Assembly: GCA_963848305.1 (NCBI GenBank)
Contig: CAWKDC010000001.1
Location: 1,312,001-1,376,000, forward strand
Direction: 5' to 3'
Length of the DNA stretch: 64,000 nt
From: an uncultured Gammaproteobacteria bacterium
GTDB taxonomy: Bacteria; Pseudomonadota; Gammaproteobacteria; JABCZS01
A program made the translations under genes and the position numbers. Below the pieces are notes generated by a model. It was not told where the DNA came from, searched no databases, and saw nothing but the letters and a program-made list of their open reading frames with translations. Below, in pieces: positions 30,129-39,825 of the stretch (position 1 is its first letter; the number at the start of each line of letters is the position of its first letter).

Positions 30129-31901
30129 TTACATCGCCTCAGGGGCTGAGACGCCCAACAGCGTCAAGCCGTTTTTCAATACTTGCCGGGTGGCTGCAAT
30201 CAAGCACAAACGCGCGTCGCGCAAGGCTTCATTGTTATCCAAGAATATATGTGCATTGTAGTAGCTATGAAGCGCATGTGCGAGTTCTCGCAAATAAATC
30301 GCAATGCGATGGGGTTCCAGGGCTGTGGATGCTTGTGCGATCAATTCTGGATAGCGGTTGAGTTCTTTCAATAAAGCTTCTTCATGAGGGGTGTTCAACA
30401 GCGCCGTGTTGGCGAGACCCTTGTTCGGATGGTATTGATAACCCTTTTCAGGTAATTGTTTGAATACCGCGCAAATACGGGCATGTGCATATTGAATATA
30501 ATAGACAGGATTTTCGTTAGACTGTGATTTCGCCAATTCCAAATCAAAATCCATGTGATGATCAGCTTTGCGCATCACGTAGAAAAAGCGGGCAGCATCA
30601 TTGCCGACTTCCTCACGTAATTCACGCAATGTCACGAATGAACCACTGCGGGTAGACATTTGAACACGTTCTTCCCCCCGATATAAGACAGCGAATTGCA
30701 CAATTTCAAAAGCGACATCTTCATTTTTGTGTCCGAAAGCTTCGATGCATGCGCGCAGACGAGGCACATAACCGTGGTGATCCGATCCAAAAATGTAAAT
30801 GAGTTTTTGTGCGCCGCGATCAAATTTGTTGAGCATGTAAGCGATATCAGAAGCGAAATAAGTGGTTTGACCATTCGCACGTTGTACACAACGATCTTTA
30901 TCATCACCGAAAGCGGTCGATCTGAACCAAATGCCACCGTCCTTTTCATATAAATGTCCGTGACGTTTTAAGACATCAAATGCATGGGCAATCGCACCGG
31001 ATGTTTCAAGGGATTTTTCGGAAAACCATGCCTCAAATATCACGCCGAAATCAGCAAGGTCATCACGAATATCATCCAATACGGTATTCAGTGCTAAATT
31101 AAATACAGCATTGTAATGGGTGGTGCCCAAGAGTTTTTTTGCATTCACGATCAAGGCATCAATGTGGGCTTCTTTGTCACCCTCATCGGGTTTGTCAGGA
31201 TGGGCATCGGGTGGCACATTTTGAAATAATTCATCGGCTGTTTTGATCAAACCATTGCCGTATTGTTTGATCAAGACAGCAACCATGTTTTTTAAATAAT
31301 CGCCTTTATAAGCATTGCTCGGAAATGGAAATACGACGCCTTGCGCTTCGAGATAACGCAGCCAAAGGCTGGTGGCTAAAATATCCATTTGACGGCCGGC
31401 ATCATTCACATAATATTCACTGTGCACATCATAACCGGTTGCTTTCAGCAAACGTGCGAGCGAGGCGCCGAATGCTGCGCCGCGGCCATGCCCAACATGT
31501 AACGGGCCGGTAGGATTAGAGGAGACATATTCTAAAAAGACGCGCGTGTGCTTGCCCATGTTATTCTCGCCGAAGCGGTTTTGTTGTTCGAGAATGGTTT
31601 GAAGGATATGCGTATTAGAATCGGCGGCGAGGAAGAAGTTGATAAAGCCAGGTGCGGCTACAACAACTTTGCTGATGATGGGTGAATGGGGGAGTGTGGC
31701 GACGAGGGCGTTGGCAATCTCCATGGGCGGTTTTTTGGCTGCCTTGGCCAGCATCATCGCGAGGTTGGTCGCAAAATCGCCATGCACGGGGTCTTTGGTG
31801 CGCTCGAGGTGAATGGGTACATTCGCATCAGCGGGAATCAGGCCATCTTGTTTGACGTGTGCCAAAGCTTGGGCGAGGAGGGCAAGGACGGTGTCTTTCA
31901 T
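30129..31901 (-). CDS. argS: arginine--tRNA ligase
   Basis: HGDFATN.A, EYVS.NPTGPLHVGHGR, MSTR.G, NPVYY.QYAHAR, LGVSAPE.M. Confidence 0.98.
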   Translation of the reverse strand: MKDTVLALLAQALAHVKQDGLIPADANVPIHLERTKDPVHGDFATNLAMMLAKAAKKPPMEIANALVATLPHSPIISKVVVAAPGFINFFLAADSNTHILQTILEQQNRFGENNMGKHTRVFLEYVSSNPTGPLHVGHGRGAAFGASLARLLKATGYDVHSEYYVNDAGRQMDILATSLWLRYLEAQGVVFPFPSNAYKGDYLKNMVAVLIKQYGNGLIKTADELFQNVPPDAHPDKPDEGDKEAHIDALIVNAKKLLGTTHYNAVFNLALNTVLDDIRDDLADFGVIFEAWFSEKSLETSGAIAHAFDVLKRHGHLYEKDGGIWFRSTAFGDDKDRCVQRANGQTTYFASDIAYMLNKFDRGAQKLIYIFGSDHHGYVPRLRACIEAFGHKNEDVAFEIVQFAVLYRGEERVQMSTRSGSFVTLRELREEVGNDAARFFYVMRKADHHMDFDLELAKSQSNENPVYYIQYAHARICAVFKQLPEKGYQYHPNKGLANTALLNTPHEEALLKELNRYPELIAQASTALEPHRIAIYLRELAHALHSYYNAHIFLDNNEALRDARLCLIAATRQVLKNGLTLLGVSAPEAM

Positions 31902-31949
31902 TGTGTCAAATTCCCAAAGTAATGTGCCCCTTTTGTCGGGGTTTGCTTC

Positions 31950-32041
31950 TGGTGGATGTTCGGGTCATGTGTTGCCAAACACGCCGTGAATACATCCCTG
32001 TAGGCTCGAGTTCGGTGTCCACAACCCTTCACTGCGCACCA
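31950..32041. repeat. imperfect palindromic intergenic element (REP/MITE-like)
   Basis: Nested inverted segments TGGTG/CACCA, ACACGCCG/CGGTGT and TACA-TCCC-TGTA between argS and cca; single copy in the window. Confidence 0.45.
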
Positions 32042-32071
32042 CTTCACCTTTTCGGCGACTAAACGAGCATT

Positions 32072-33169
32072 CTACCGCGATTTCATCCACGCGTCGACTG
32101 CCAGTGTTCGCGCCTTGTGGATCGCATTTTTAATGTCCAGTCCTTCATGTCCTTTGCTGACAGCGCGGACATCAATGTGGGCGGCGGCATGATAGGCTTT
32201 ATCGAGATAATCGGCTTTTTCTTTTCCATCAATAGCTTCTATCGCAAGTAAAATATCTCGAAAACGTTTTTCACGCCGGAAGGGATCAAAACATTGGAGC
32301 AGGTTCACGAGCTCCATGGCGGGGAGATCGTATAAGGCTTCGAGGTCGTGGGCATTATCAGTGAGTAAGTCGGGAATGACATGCCAATCGATGGGAATAT
32401 TTTTGTTGATCAGCCGCAGGCCGCTCGCCAGGGCTGCAAAGCGGATGGCGGGATTGGACGTGAGGGCGCATGCAGCTTTTAAGTGGGCAAGGCGTGTCTC
32501 TGACAGGGTCGCATCTAATTCGGGAAACAGGATTTTCAGCGCACCCGATTCACGCAATACCGCAATGTAGGCTTCCGGGTTTTGTTCGCTGAAAGCGCGT
32601 TCCGTTTCCTTCCACACGCGCTCAGCCACCAGGGCATTGACTTCGCCCGCTTCGACCATTTGTTGCATCAGTTTCATGGTATCCGGTGCGACGGTGAAAC
32701 CGAGATGGGCAAAGCGTGCGGCAAACCGGGCTGCTCGCAAGATACGGACAGGATCTTCTGCAAAGGCTTCACTCACGTGGCGTAATGTTTTGTGGATCAA
32801 CAAATCGTCCTTGCCACCGTAAGGGTCGATCAGCTTGCCATCGGTGTCATCGATCGCCATTGCGTTGATGGTGAGATCGCGGCGTTTTAAATCTTCTTCG
32901 AGGGTGACAGAAGGATCCGCGTGGCATTCAAACCCGTGATACCCTTTGCCGATTTTGCGCTCAGAACGGGCGAGGGCATATTCGGCTTTGGAATGGGGAT
33001 GTAAAAAAACGGGAAAGGATTTGCCGACGGGCATGAACCCTGCAGCGATCATCGCCTCGGGCGTAGTGCCAACGACGACATAATCGATTTCACTCGATGG
33101 GTAATGGAGCAATTCGTCGCGCACGGCGCCGCCGACGCGGTAGTATTTACCAGGAATGTTGATTTTCAT
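32072..33169 (-). CDS. cca: CCA tRNA nucleotidyltransferase (lacking HD domain)
   Basis: VGGAVRD.LL, DYVVVG, EYALAR.ERK, DL.RRDLTINAMA, F.EDP.R.LR.ARF, ERVWKE. Confidence 0.95.
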   Translation of the reverse strand: MKINIPGKYYRVGGAVRDELLHYPSSEIDYVVVGTTPEAMIAAGFMPVGKSFPVFLHPHSKAEYALARSERKIGKGYHGFECHADPSVTLEEDLKRRDLTINAMAIDDTDGKLIDPYGGKDDLLIHKTLRHVSEAFAEDPVRILRAARFAARFAHLGFTVAPDTMKLMQQMVEAGEVNALVAERVWKETERAFSEQNPEAYIAVLRESGALKILFPELDATLSETRLAHLKAACALTSNPAIRFAALASGLRLINKNIPIDWHVIPDLLTDNAHDLEALYDLPAMELVNLLQCFDPFRREKRFRDILLAIEAIDGKEKADYLDKAYHAAAHIDVRAVSKGHEGLDIKNAIHKARTLAVDAWMKSR

Positions 33170-33207
33170 CACTGAAATATACCTCATATCAATCATTAAA
33201 GGTAGTA

Positions 33208-33277
33208 GGGGTTTATCGTGTCCGAGTCGGTGTCATCCCATCATGAATGATGGGAGCAGATCCCTGGAGTGACCCCC
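33208..33277. repeat. palindromic element downstream of rnpB
   Basis: TCCCATCATGAATGATGGGA core within GGGGTT...GACCCC arms. Confidence 0.4.
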
Positions 33278-33374
33278 AAATGCAAATCCATATAAGTGTA
33301 GTTGTGTAGGTTGTTTCAAAGGTATGCAAGTATAATGATATGGATTTTTAACTACTTGATAAATATTAATAAAA

Positions 33375-33719
33375 TGAGCCGATCGGTAAGCCGGGTTCTG
33401 TCGTGAACAATCATTCGTCTAGGCGTTACGTCACCATAACGCTCAAGCGACCAACCCGGCCAGCACTGGGCCATGCTATTAGGCCCCTATTTGGTCTTGC
33501 TCCAGGTGGGGTTTACCCTGCCACATCTGTTGCCAGATGCGCGGTGCGCTCTTACCGCACCATTTCACCCTTACCCTATTTTGCAAGCAAAATAAGGCGG
33601 TATCATTTCTGTGGCACTTTCCGTAGGCTTGCGCCTCCCAGGCGTTATCTGGCACCCTGCCCTAAGGAGCCCGGACTTTCCTCTCTCATTTGCATGACAG
33701 CGATTGTTTAATCGGCTCA
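33375..33719 (-). ncRNA. rnpB: RNase P RNA (type A)
   Basis: Minus strand carries GAGGAAAGTCCGGGCTCC, GAAAGTGCCACAGAAA and ACAGAACCCGGCTTA; terminal P1 TGAGCCGAT/ATCGGCTCA. Confidence 0.97.
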
Positions 33720-33797
33720 CCGCGATGATACGGGGTTTGACGGGATGATGCAATAGGGGTAGACTTGGGCTTGGCTTTTAAATTTTGGGAGAAGAAA

Positions 33798-34829
33798 ATG
33801 GCTACTAGTGTTGATGATGTTCAATTTCTTATTATCCAGGACTCTAATGATAAGGGTGCTGTTAACAACATTACTCATGACGGGGTGTTGAGTCATTCTC
33901 AATTAGTCGTTCGTGGCCATGCTGAAGGAGAGCCAACCAATTTGGCCATGAGCATTTTGCTTCCTGGTGGTGCGCCCTGCATTCTTTTGATAGAGAGGTT
34001 GACAGGGGACACAGCAGTGATTGCTAAGCATGTGAGGGAGTCTATTCTGCCTATGGTGGCTCATGCATACAGGCAACCTTTCAAATACCCTGATTCAAAT
34101 CGAGACAGTGCTATTCTTGAGATACTTAATCAAAAAAAGGAAATTGAAAGTACCAATGAAGTATCGTTTAATCTCTCTGTAGGTGCTGTCCAAAATGTTG
34201 CCGATTCGACGTGTTATCAAAGACAATTCTCTGGTTTTGTGACGGGCACTGCGAAGTTTTATCTCAAAGGTATAGGTTATATAAAGGATGGCGAAACAAT
34301 AAAATACCATCAACATGGTACAGCGTCCACAGCAAAAGATTTCACAACATTCAATGAACAGGTTCTTGCCGGTCAGCATATTGTAGGAGTTTTGGGCGTG
34401 GATTCAAAAGTATTGACTTGCACCGATGTTGTGGGGGGCGAAAGCCGAGACAACCCTTGGAATTTGAACGGGTTTACAAAAGAAAACTTTAAATTTTCAG
34501 GTTCATTGGCAGCCGTTGCAGCACAAGTGTTAGACCACTCAGGTCATATGCAGTCGGATAACTGGCGTGCTGCAATAGCCAACTGTACACAGTTGAGCAC
34601 AAATAAGAGTAAGCAGAGTGAGCCTGGGGGTTCTGGGAGAAGTGATGTTTCTGCAAGCAGCACTGTTCCCTTGTTGCCGAGTTTCTTCTCAAATGTCTCA
34701 TTCGCCACGGTTCCTCCCGCTCTGTGGTATGGTCTGGCGAGTGTGATCATTTGCTCAGCAGTATTGGCCATCGCAGATACGTTTGGAGGCGACCCGATCA
34801 CGAACCTGATGAATGATCGGACGCAATGA
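33798..34829 (+). CDS. orphan protein with C-terminal transmembrane anchor
   Basis: GGGAG RBS, 343 aa, Ser/Gly linker, then TM ALWYGLASVIICSAVLAIA near the C-terminus. Confidence 0.75.
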   Translation: MATSVDDVQFLIIQDSNDKGAVNNITHDGVLSHSQLVVRGHAEGEPTNLAMSILLPGGAPCILLIERLTGDTAVIAKHVRESILPMVAHAYRQPFKYPDSNRDSAILEILNQKKEIESTNEVSFNLSVGAVQNVADSTCYQRQFSGFVTGTAKFYLKGIGYIKDGETIKYHQHGTASTAKDFTTFNEQVLAGQHIVGVLGVDSKVLTCTDVVGGESRDNPWNLNGFTKENFKFSGSLAAVAAQVLDHSGHMQSDNWRAAIANCTQLSTNKSKQSEPGGSGRSDVSASSTVPLLPSFFSNVSFATVPPALWYGLASVIICSAVLAIADTFGGDPITNLMNDRTQ

Positions 34830-34990
34830 TCATTGGTTCGACGGTGATATCGGCAAGCATGCTGCCAGTGGGTTTGCATTCCCAGGGGCTTTGACCGCGA
34901 TAGTAGGCGTTGGATGCTTGTTTTACTATGGTGGGGCGAAAGCTTATGCAGCGTGCCGATCTTCTGAGAAGCCGAAACCCGAATAAAGGT

Positions 34991-35061
34991 GTAGGGGCGG
35001 GTATTCCCGCCCGTGCGCCGTAGGCGCGACTCGACGCAGGGGCGCAAATATGCGCCCCTAC
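34991..35061. repeat. GTAG-type REP doublet (REPIN-like)
   Basis: GTAGGGGCGGGTATTCCCGCCC ... GGGGCGCAAATATGCGCCCCTAC inverted pair; its GTAG supplies the pfp stop codon. Confidence 0.8.
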
Positions 35062-36302
35062 AATACCTTCCGTACCCCCACATTCTTCAAATGACGGTAA
35101 TCCGGCAACCCGTTGAGATAGGGCGGATAATCTTCGCCCTGGATCAACGGTTCTAGGTAATCGCGGCAGGCTTGCGTGATACCAAACCCTTCTGCATCGA
35201 TGTAATGATCAGGCACTTTCTTTTCCTGATTGGCCAAATCGACCAAGGGCGCTTCTTGCACAGTCCACATGTAGGGAATGTTAGATTGCCGCACAATGAT
35301 GGGCATCACCGCATTTTTACCGGCTACTGCATATTCAACAGCCGCTTTGCCCACCGCATACGCTTGTTCTGCATCCACCGCAGAGGCCAAATGCCGCGCA
35401 CTGCGTTGCAAATAATCTAAGACAGCCCAATGGTATTTCAAACCGAGTTTTTCTTTCACCAATGATGCCACGGTGGGTGCAACGCCGCCGAGTTGGGCAT
35501 GACCGAAGGCATCTTTCGAGCCATTGTTACTCAAGAAACGGCCCGATGCATCTTTAACACCTTCTGACACCACGATCGAACAAAAACCAAATTGTTTCAC
35601 GCAATCAGATACTTTTGCTAAAAAAATGTCTGGATGGAACGTGCGTTCAGGAAATAAAATAATGTGTGGCCCCTCTTTGGGGGTATTCTTGGCAAGACCC
35701 GCGGCAGCGGCGATCCAACCGGCATGACGGCCCATCACTTCCATGATGAAGACTTGCGTGGAGGAAGAACACATCGAGGCAATGTCAAACGAGGCTTCAC
35801 GGATGCTGGTCGCAACATATTTGGCGACAGAGCCAAAGCCGGGGCAAGTGTCCGTGAGGGGCAAATCATTGTCGATCGTTTTGGGAATGCCGATGCATTG
35901 AATAGGATAACCCATTTTTTTGCCAAGTTGGGAGATTTTGTAGGCAGTATCGGCGGAGTCGTTACCGCCATTGTACAAAAATACATCAATCTTGTGTGCG
36001 GCGAACACGGTCATCAAACGTTCATATTCAGTAGGATCTGTTTCGAGTGTCTTCAATTTATAGCGACAAGAGCCAAAAGCACCGCCTGGTGTGGAGCGCA
36101 GCGCGCTGATCGCGACAGGAGATTCATGTGAGGTATCAATTAAATCTTCCTGCAAAACACCAAGGATGCCATTGCGGGCGGCGTACACATGGCCGACTTT
36201 GGCGTGCAGGTTACGGGCAGTTTCGATCACACCAGCCGCGGTTGCATTGATAACGGCCGTGACACCGCCGGATTGTGCGTATAGAATGTTGATAGGCTTC
36301 AT
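35058..36302 (-). CDS. pfp: 6-phosphofructokinase, PPi-dependent type
   Basis: YAQSGG.TAVIN, GSCRYK, GGNDS, PKTIDND, EVMGRHAGW, DAFGH.QLGG. GGxD and PKTIDND point to the PPi-type. Confidence 0.9.
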   Translation of the reverse strand: MKPINILYAQSGGVTAVINATAAGVIETARNLHAKVGHVYAARNGILGVLQEDLIDTSHESPVAISALRSTPGGAFGSCRYKLKTLETDPTEYERLMTVFAAHKIDVFLYNGGNDSADTAYKISQLGKKMGYPIQCIGIPKTIDNDLPLTDTCPGFGSVAKYVATSIREASFDIASMCSSSTQVFIMEVMGRHAGWIAAAAGLAKNTPKEGPHIILFPERTFHPDIFLAKVSDCVKQFGFCSIVVSEGVKDASGRFLSNNGSKDAFGHAQLGGVAPTVASLVKEKLGLKYHWAVLDYLQRSARHLASAVDAEQAYAVGKAAVEYAVAGKNAVMPIIVRQSNIPYMWTVQEAPLVDLANQEKKVPDHYIDAEGFGITQACRDYLEPLIQGEDYPPYLNGLPDYRHLKNVGVRKVL

Positions 36303-36370
36303 GATAACCTCAATTTTGATGCGACGTGGAATTATAGAATACTTTAACTTCAAATAGGAAACATTTGTTT

Positions 36371-37729
36371 ATGCATATTCACATCATGGGTGTTGCGGGA
36401 ACGTTTATGGCAGGTGTTGCCCGCCTTGCTAAAAATATGGGATATACCGTGACTGGTTCTGAGCAAGCCGCAGTCTATCCGCCGATGAGCACACAGCTGG
36501 AACAAGATGGCATCGCACTCATGGCGCCCTATGCGGCGGCGAATCTGAATCCGCGCCCTGATCATGTGATCGTGGGGAATGCCATCAAACGCGGCAATCC
36601 TGAGATTGAAGCCGTATTGAATCAAAATATTCCTTATAGCAGCGGCCCTGAATGGCTAGCGAAGCATTGTTTGGAGGGGCGGCATGTGATGGCGGTCGCA
36701 GGCACGCATGGCAAAACCACGACGAGTACGTTGCTCACGTGGATACTACATGAAAACAACATCGACACAGGCTATTTGATTGGGGGTGTTCCCCGTTGTC
36801 TGCCTGGATCGGCTTATTTAGGCACAGCACCCTTTTTCGTCATTGAAGCCGATGAATATGACAGTGCTTTTTTTGATAAGCGTTCAAAATTCATTCATTA
36901 CCGTCCCCGTACGGCGATCATCAATAATATTGAATATGATCATGCGGATATTTTTGAAAATGTTGCCGCGATTCAAAAACAATTTCATCATTTGATTCGC
37001 ACGATTCCCTCAGAAGGATTGATTGTGCATCCGAGTGACGATCCCTTGGTCGCTGAGACATTAAACATGGGCGTGTGGACACCGTGCGAAACATTTGGAT
37101 TAACACGCGCATCCATGCGGGCTGAATTATTGAAACCGGATGGCAGTGAATTCAATGTATTTCATCATGATAAGCTCATCGGTAAAGTAACCTGGGCATT
37201 AACGGGTGAGCATAATGTGCTGAACGCATTGGCGGCGATCACCGCTGCACAAAATGCGAATGTTTCACCAGCAGCTGCGTTGGAACCGCTCTGTCGTTTT
37301 CAAGCGCCAAAACGTCGGATGGAATTGATCGTGGATCATAATGGCATATGTGTTTATGATGACTTTGCACATCATCCCACGGCGATTGAAAAGACATTGC
37401 ACGGTTTGCGCATGAAGGTAGGAAAATCGAAAATCATTGTGTTGCTCGAAATGCGATCTTACAGCATGCGTTCAAATATTCACGGGGATGCGGTGATTCA
37501 TGCTTTGTCAGATGCGGATGAAGTATATGTGTTAAAACCCAAGGAATCTGCTGAAGCGATTGATGCATTGACGCGTGATCAACATAATTGGTTTTGTTTT
37601 GATGATGTTCAAATGATCCTGAAAAAATTGATACCAACACTTAAATCAGGCGAGCATGTATTGATCATGAGTAATGGGTCGTTTGATGGATTGCGGGAGA
37701 AGTTGATTGATGTACTGGGTCCCAGATAG
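36371..37729 (+). CDS. mpl: murein peptide ligase Mpl
   Basis: HI.G..GTFM, YPPMSTQL, GTHGKTTT, EADEYD.AFFDKRSKF, DDFAHHPTAI, MSNG.F.G. Confidence 0.95.
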   Translation: MHIHIMGVAGTFMAGVARLAKNMGYTVTGSEQAAVYPPMSTQLEQDGIALMAPYAAANLNPRPDHVIVGNAIKRGNPEIEAVLNQNIPYSSGPEWLAKHCLEGRHVMAVAGTHGKTTTSTLLTWILHENNIDTGYLIGGVPRCLPGSAYLGTAPFFVIEADEYDSAFFDKRSKFIHYRPRTAIINNIEYDHADIFENVAAIQKQFHHLIRTIPSEGLIVHPSDDPLVAETLNMGVWTPCETFGLTRASMRAELLKPDGSEFNVFHHDKLIGKVTWALTGEHNVLNALAAITAAQNANVSPAAALEPLCRFQAPKRRMELIVDHNGICVYDDFAHHPTAIEKTLHGLRMKVGKSKIIVLLEMRSYSMRSNIHGDAVIHALSDADEVYVLKPKESAEAIDALTRDQHNWFCFDDVQMILKKLIPTLKSGEHVLIMSNGSFDGLREKLIDVLGPR

Positions 37730-37848
37730 ACCTAGCGGTCTTCCGGGATGCGTTCGAATCATGCTTTGCATGAAAACTTGATTGATGTACTGGGGCCCGG
37801 ATAGACCTAGCGGTCTTCCGGGATGCGTTCGAATCATGCTTCGCATGA
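37703..37848 (+). repeat. 75-bp tandem duplication including a hairpin element
   Basis: Unit TTGATTGATGTACTGGG.CCC.GATAGACCTAGCGGTCTTCCGGGATGCGTTCGAATCATGCTT.GCATGA at 37703 and 37778. Confidence 0.9.
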
Positions 37849-37869
37849 TTCTCACTGACAGAGGTAGAT

Positions 37870-39096
37870 ATGATAACTCGGATTTGGTTTGGTTTTTTTG
37901 TGATCAGCTTTTTGAGCGCTTGTGTATTGTATATCACAAAAGGTCAAAGTGCAATTTTTGGCGATATGGTCAGTTCTATTTTCGACAGTTCTAAACAATC
38001 CGTTGACATTATTATAGGTCTGATTGGTACGATGTGTTTTTGGCTCGGCATATTTGAAGTGGCTAAAGAGGCGAAAATTGTGGATAAATTGGCTGCGGGA
38101 TTACAGCCTTTATTTCGGCGGATCATGCCTGATGTGCCGACCAATCATCCTGCACATGCCAGCATCACCATGAATTTGGCAGCGAATATGCTGGGGCTTG
38201 ATAATGCCGCAACGCCAGTTGGTTTGCAAGCGATGAAAGATTTGCAAACACTCAATCCCCATCAACATACGGCAAGTGACGCACAAATTTTATTTGTCGT
38301 CTTGAACAGTTCAGCGGTCACCCTGATCCCTGTTTCTATTTTCATGTATCGCGCACAATTGGGCGCGAGCAATCCTGCATTGGTGTTTATGCCCATTTTA
38401 TTGGCTACGTCGGCATCAACTTTTGTCGGTCTTTTATCAGTTGCCTTCATGCAAAAAATTAAAATCATGCAGCCGGTTGTGATGGCGTATTTACTGTCTT
38501 TTTGTTTTTTGATCAGCATGGTGATATATTATTTTTCACAGCTCAATCCAGAGCAGTTGGTTGATCGATCGCAATTGTTTGCGAATTTCACAGTGATATC
38601 GATTGTGATGTTATTTTTAGGTATTGGCATGTGGAAAAAGGTCGATATTTACGCATCTTTTATTAAGGGTGCAAAGCAAGGTGTCATGATAGGCCTTAGA
38701 GTGTTGCCTTATTTGGTTGCCATGCTCGCGGCAGTGGCATTATTGCGCAGTAGCCAAGTGATGGATCATTGTTTGAATGGGATGGCATGGGTGGTGCGTT
38801 GGATTGGTTTGGATGATGCCTTTGTTCCTGCGTTGAGTACTGCATTCATGAGACCCTTGAGTGGATCAGGTTCACGCGCCACGATGATTGAAACCATGCA
38901 GCATTATGGTGTGGACAGTTTTCCGGGATTAGTCGCTGCTGTCGTGCAAGGCAGCACGGAAACAACTTTTTATGTGTTAGCAGTGTATTTCGGATGTGTG
39001 GGACTCACACAGGGTCGCCATGCAATTGGGTGCGCACTGCTGGCGGATGTAGCGGGGATAGTCACAGCGATTCTTTTGTGTTATTGGTTTTTCTAG
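37870..39096 (+). CDS. SpmA/SpmB fusion, nucleoside-recognition (Gate) domain membrane protein
   Basis: AANMLGLDNAATP.G..AM, RPLSGSG, QGSTETTFYV.AVYFG. Confidence 0.9.
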   Translation: MITRIWFGFFVISFLSACVLYITKGQSAIFGDMVSSIFDSSKQSVDIIIGLIGTMCFWLGIFEVAKEAKIVDKLAAGLQPLFRRIMPDVPTNHPAHASITMNLAANMLGLDNAATPVGLQAMKDLQTLNPHQHTASDAQILFVVLNSSAVTLIPVSIFMYRAQLGASNPALVFMPILLATSASTFVGLLSVAFMQKIKIMQPVVMAYLLSFCFLISMVIYYFSQLNPEQLVDRSQLFANFTVISIVMLFLGIGMWKKVDIYASFIKGAKQGVMIGLRVLPYLVAMLAAVALLRSSQVMDHCLNGMAWVVRWIGLDDAFVPALSTAFMRPLSGSGSRATMIETMQHYGVDSFPGLVAAVVQGSTETTFYVLAVYFGCVGLTQGRHAIGCALLADVAGIVTAILLCYWFF

Positions 39097-39105
39097 GAGA
39101 TACAA

Positions 39106-39711
39106 ATGGCAGCAGAAAAATTTGTGGGTGATTTCATGTTATTGTGGGCCACGATTGATCCGATCGGTACGTTGGCATTATTTGCAGGTGTGACAGCTCA
39201 GATGTCAGCCAAAAAACGTTATCAAACGGCGTTGAAGGCAACCCTATATTCCGCAGTGATTTTACTGGGTTCGATTGTGGTTGGGCAGATCATTTTAAAA
39301 GGCATGGGTATTGAACTTGAGGCCTTGCAAGTCGGCGGTGGTATCATTTTATTTCTATTTGGTCTGCAAATGGTCTTTGGTGATCTCGAGCATAAATTAT
39401 CCGTCGAGCCAGAGAAGGGACATGATATTGCTGTGTTCCCATTGGCAATTCCCTCAATTGCCAGTCCGGGTGCCATTACTGCAGCGATTATATTGACAGA
39501 TAATGATGTGTATCCTATCGTCGTTCAAGCAGGAACCGCGTTGATGTTGATTGCAGTGTTGGCGATTACGTTTGTGTTAATGCTGAGTGCAACCACCGTG
39601 CTACGTGTGATTGGTAACAGTGGTGCGTCTATCATCATTCGCGTGATGGGATTGATTTTGGCGGCGTTGTCGGTGCAATTGATTTATCAGGCATTCGGCT
39701 TTTCTTTCTAA
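39106..39711 (+). CDS. MarC family membrane protein
   Basis: DPIG, GGI.LF, AVFPLAIP.IA.PGA, R.MG..LAA.SVQ. Confidence 0.92.
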   Translation: MAAEKFVGDFMLLWATIDPIGTLALFAGVTAQMSAKKRYQTALKATLYSAVILLGSIVVGQIILKGMGIELEALQVGGGIILFLFGLQMVFGDLEHKLSVEPEKGHDIAVFPLAIPSIASPGAITAAIILTDNDVYPIVVQAGTALMLIAVLAITFVLMLSATTVLRVIGNSGASIIIRVMGLILAALSVQLIYQAFGFSF

Positions 39712-39825
39712 GGTGGGCGTGAGGATCCAGCATGCTGCGTCCTTACCAGAGCGTCAACATATCCTTGATATTTTATATAATATGTGTTTAAATTTCCGTC
39801 GAATAATAAAAACGGAAAGATAAAT

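Noticed and set aside
33403-33753. ORFs 33403-33711 and 33571-33753
   Set aside because: Shadow ORFs over the RNase P RNA.
34544-35083. 179-aa minus-strand ORF
   Set aside because: Antisense to the tail-anchored orphan and runs through the REP doublet; composition is not protein-like.
37703-37853. CRISPR array
   Set aside because: Only two contiguous 75-bp units with no unique spacers and no cas genes.
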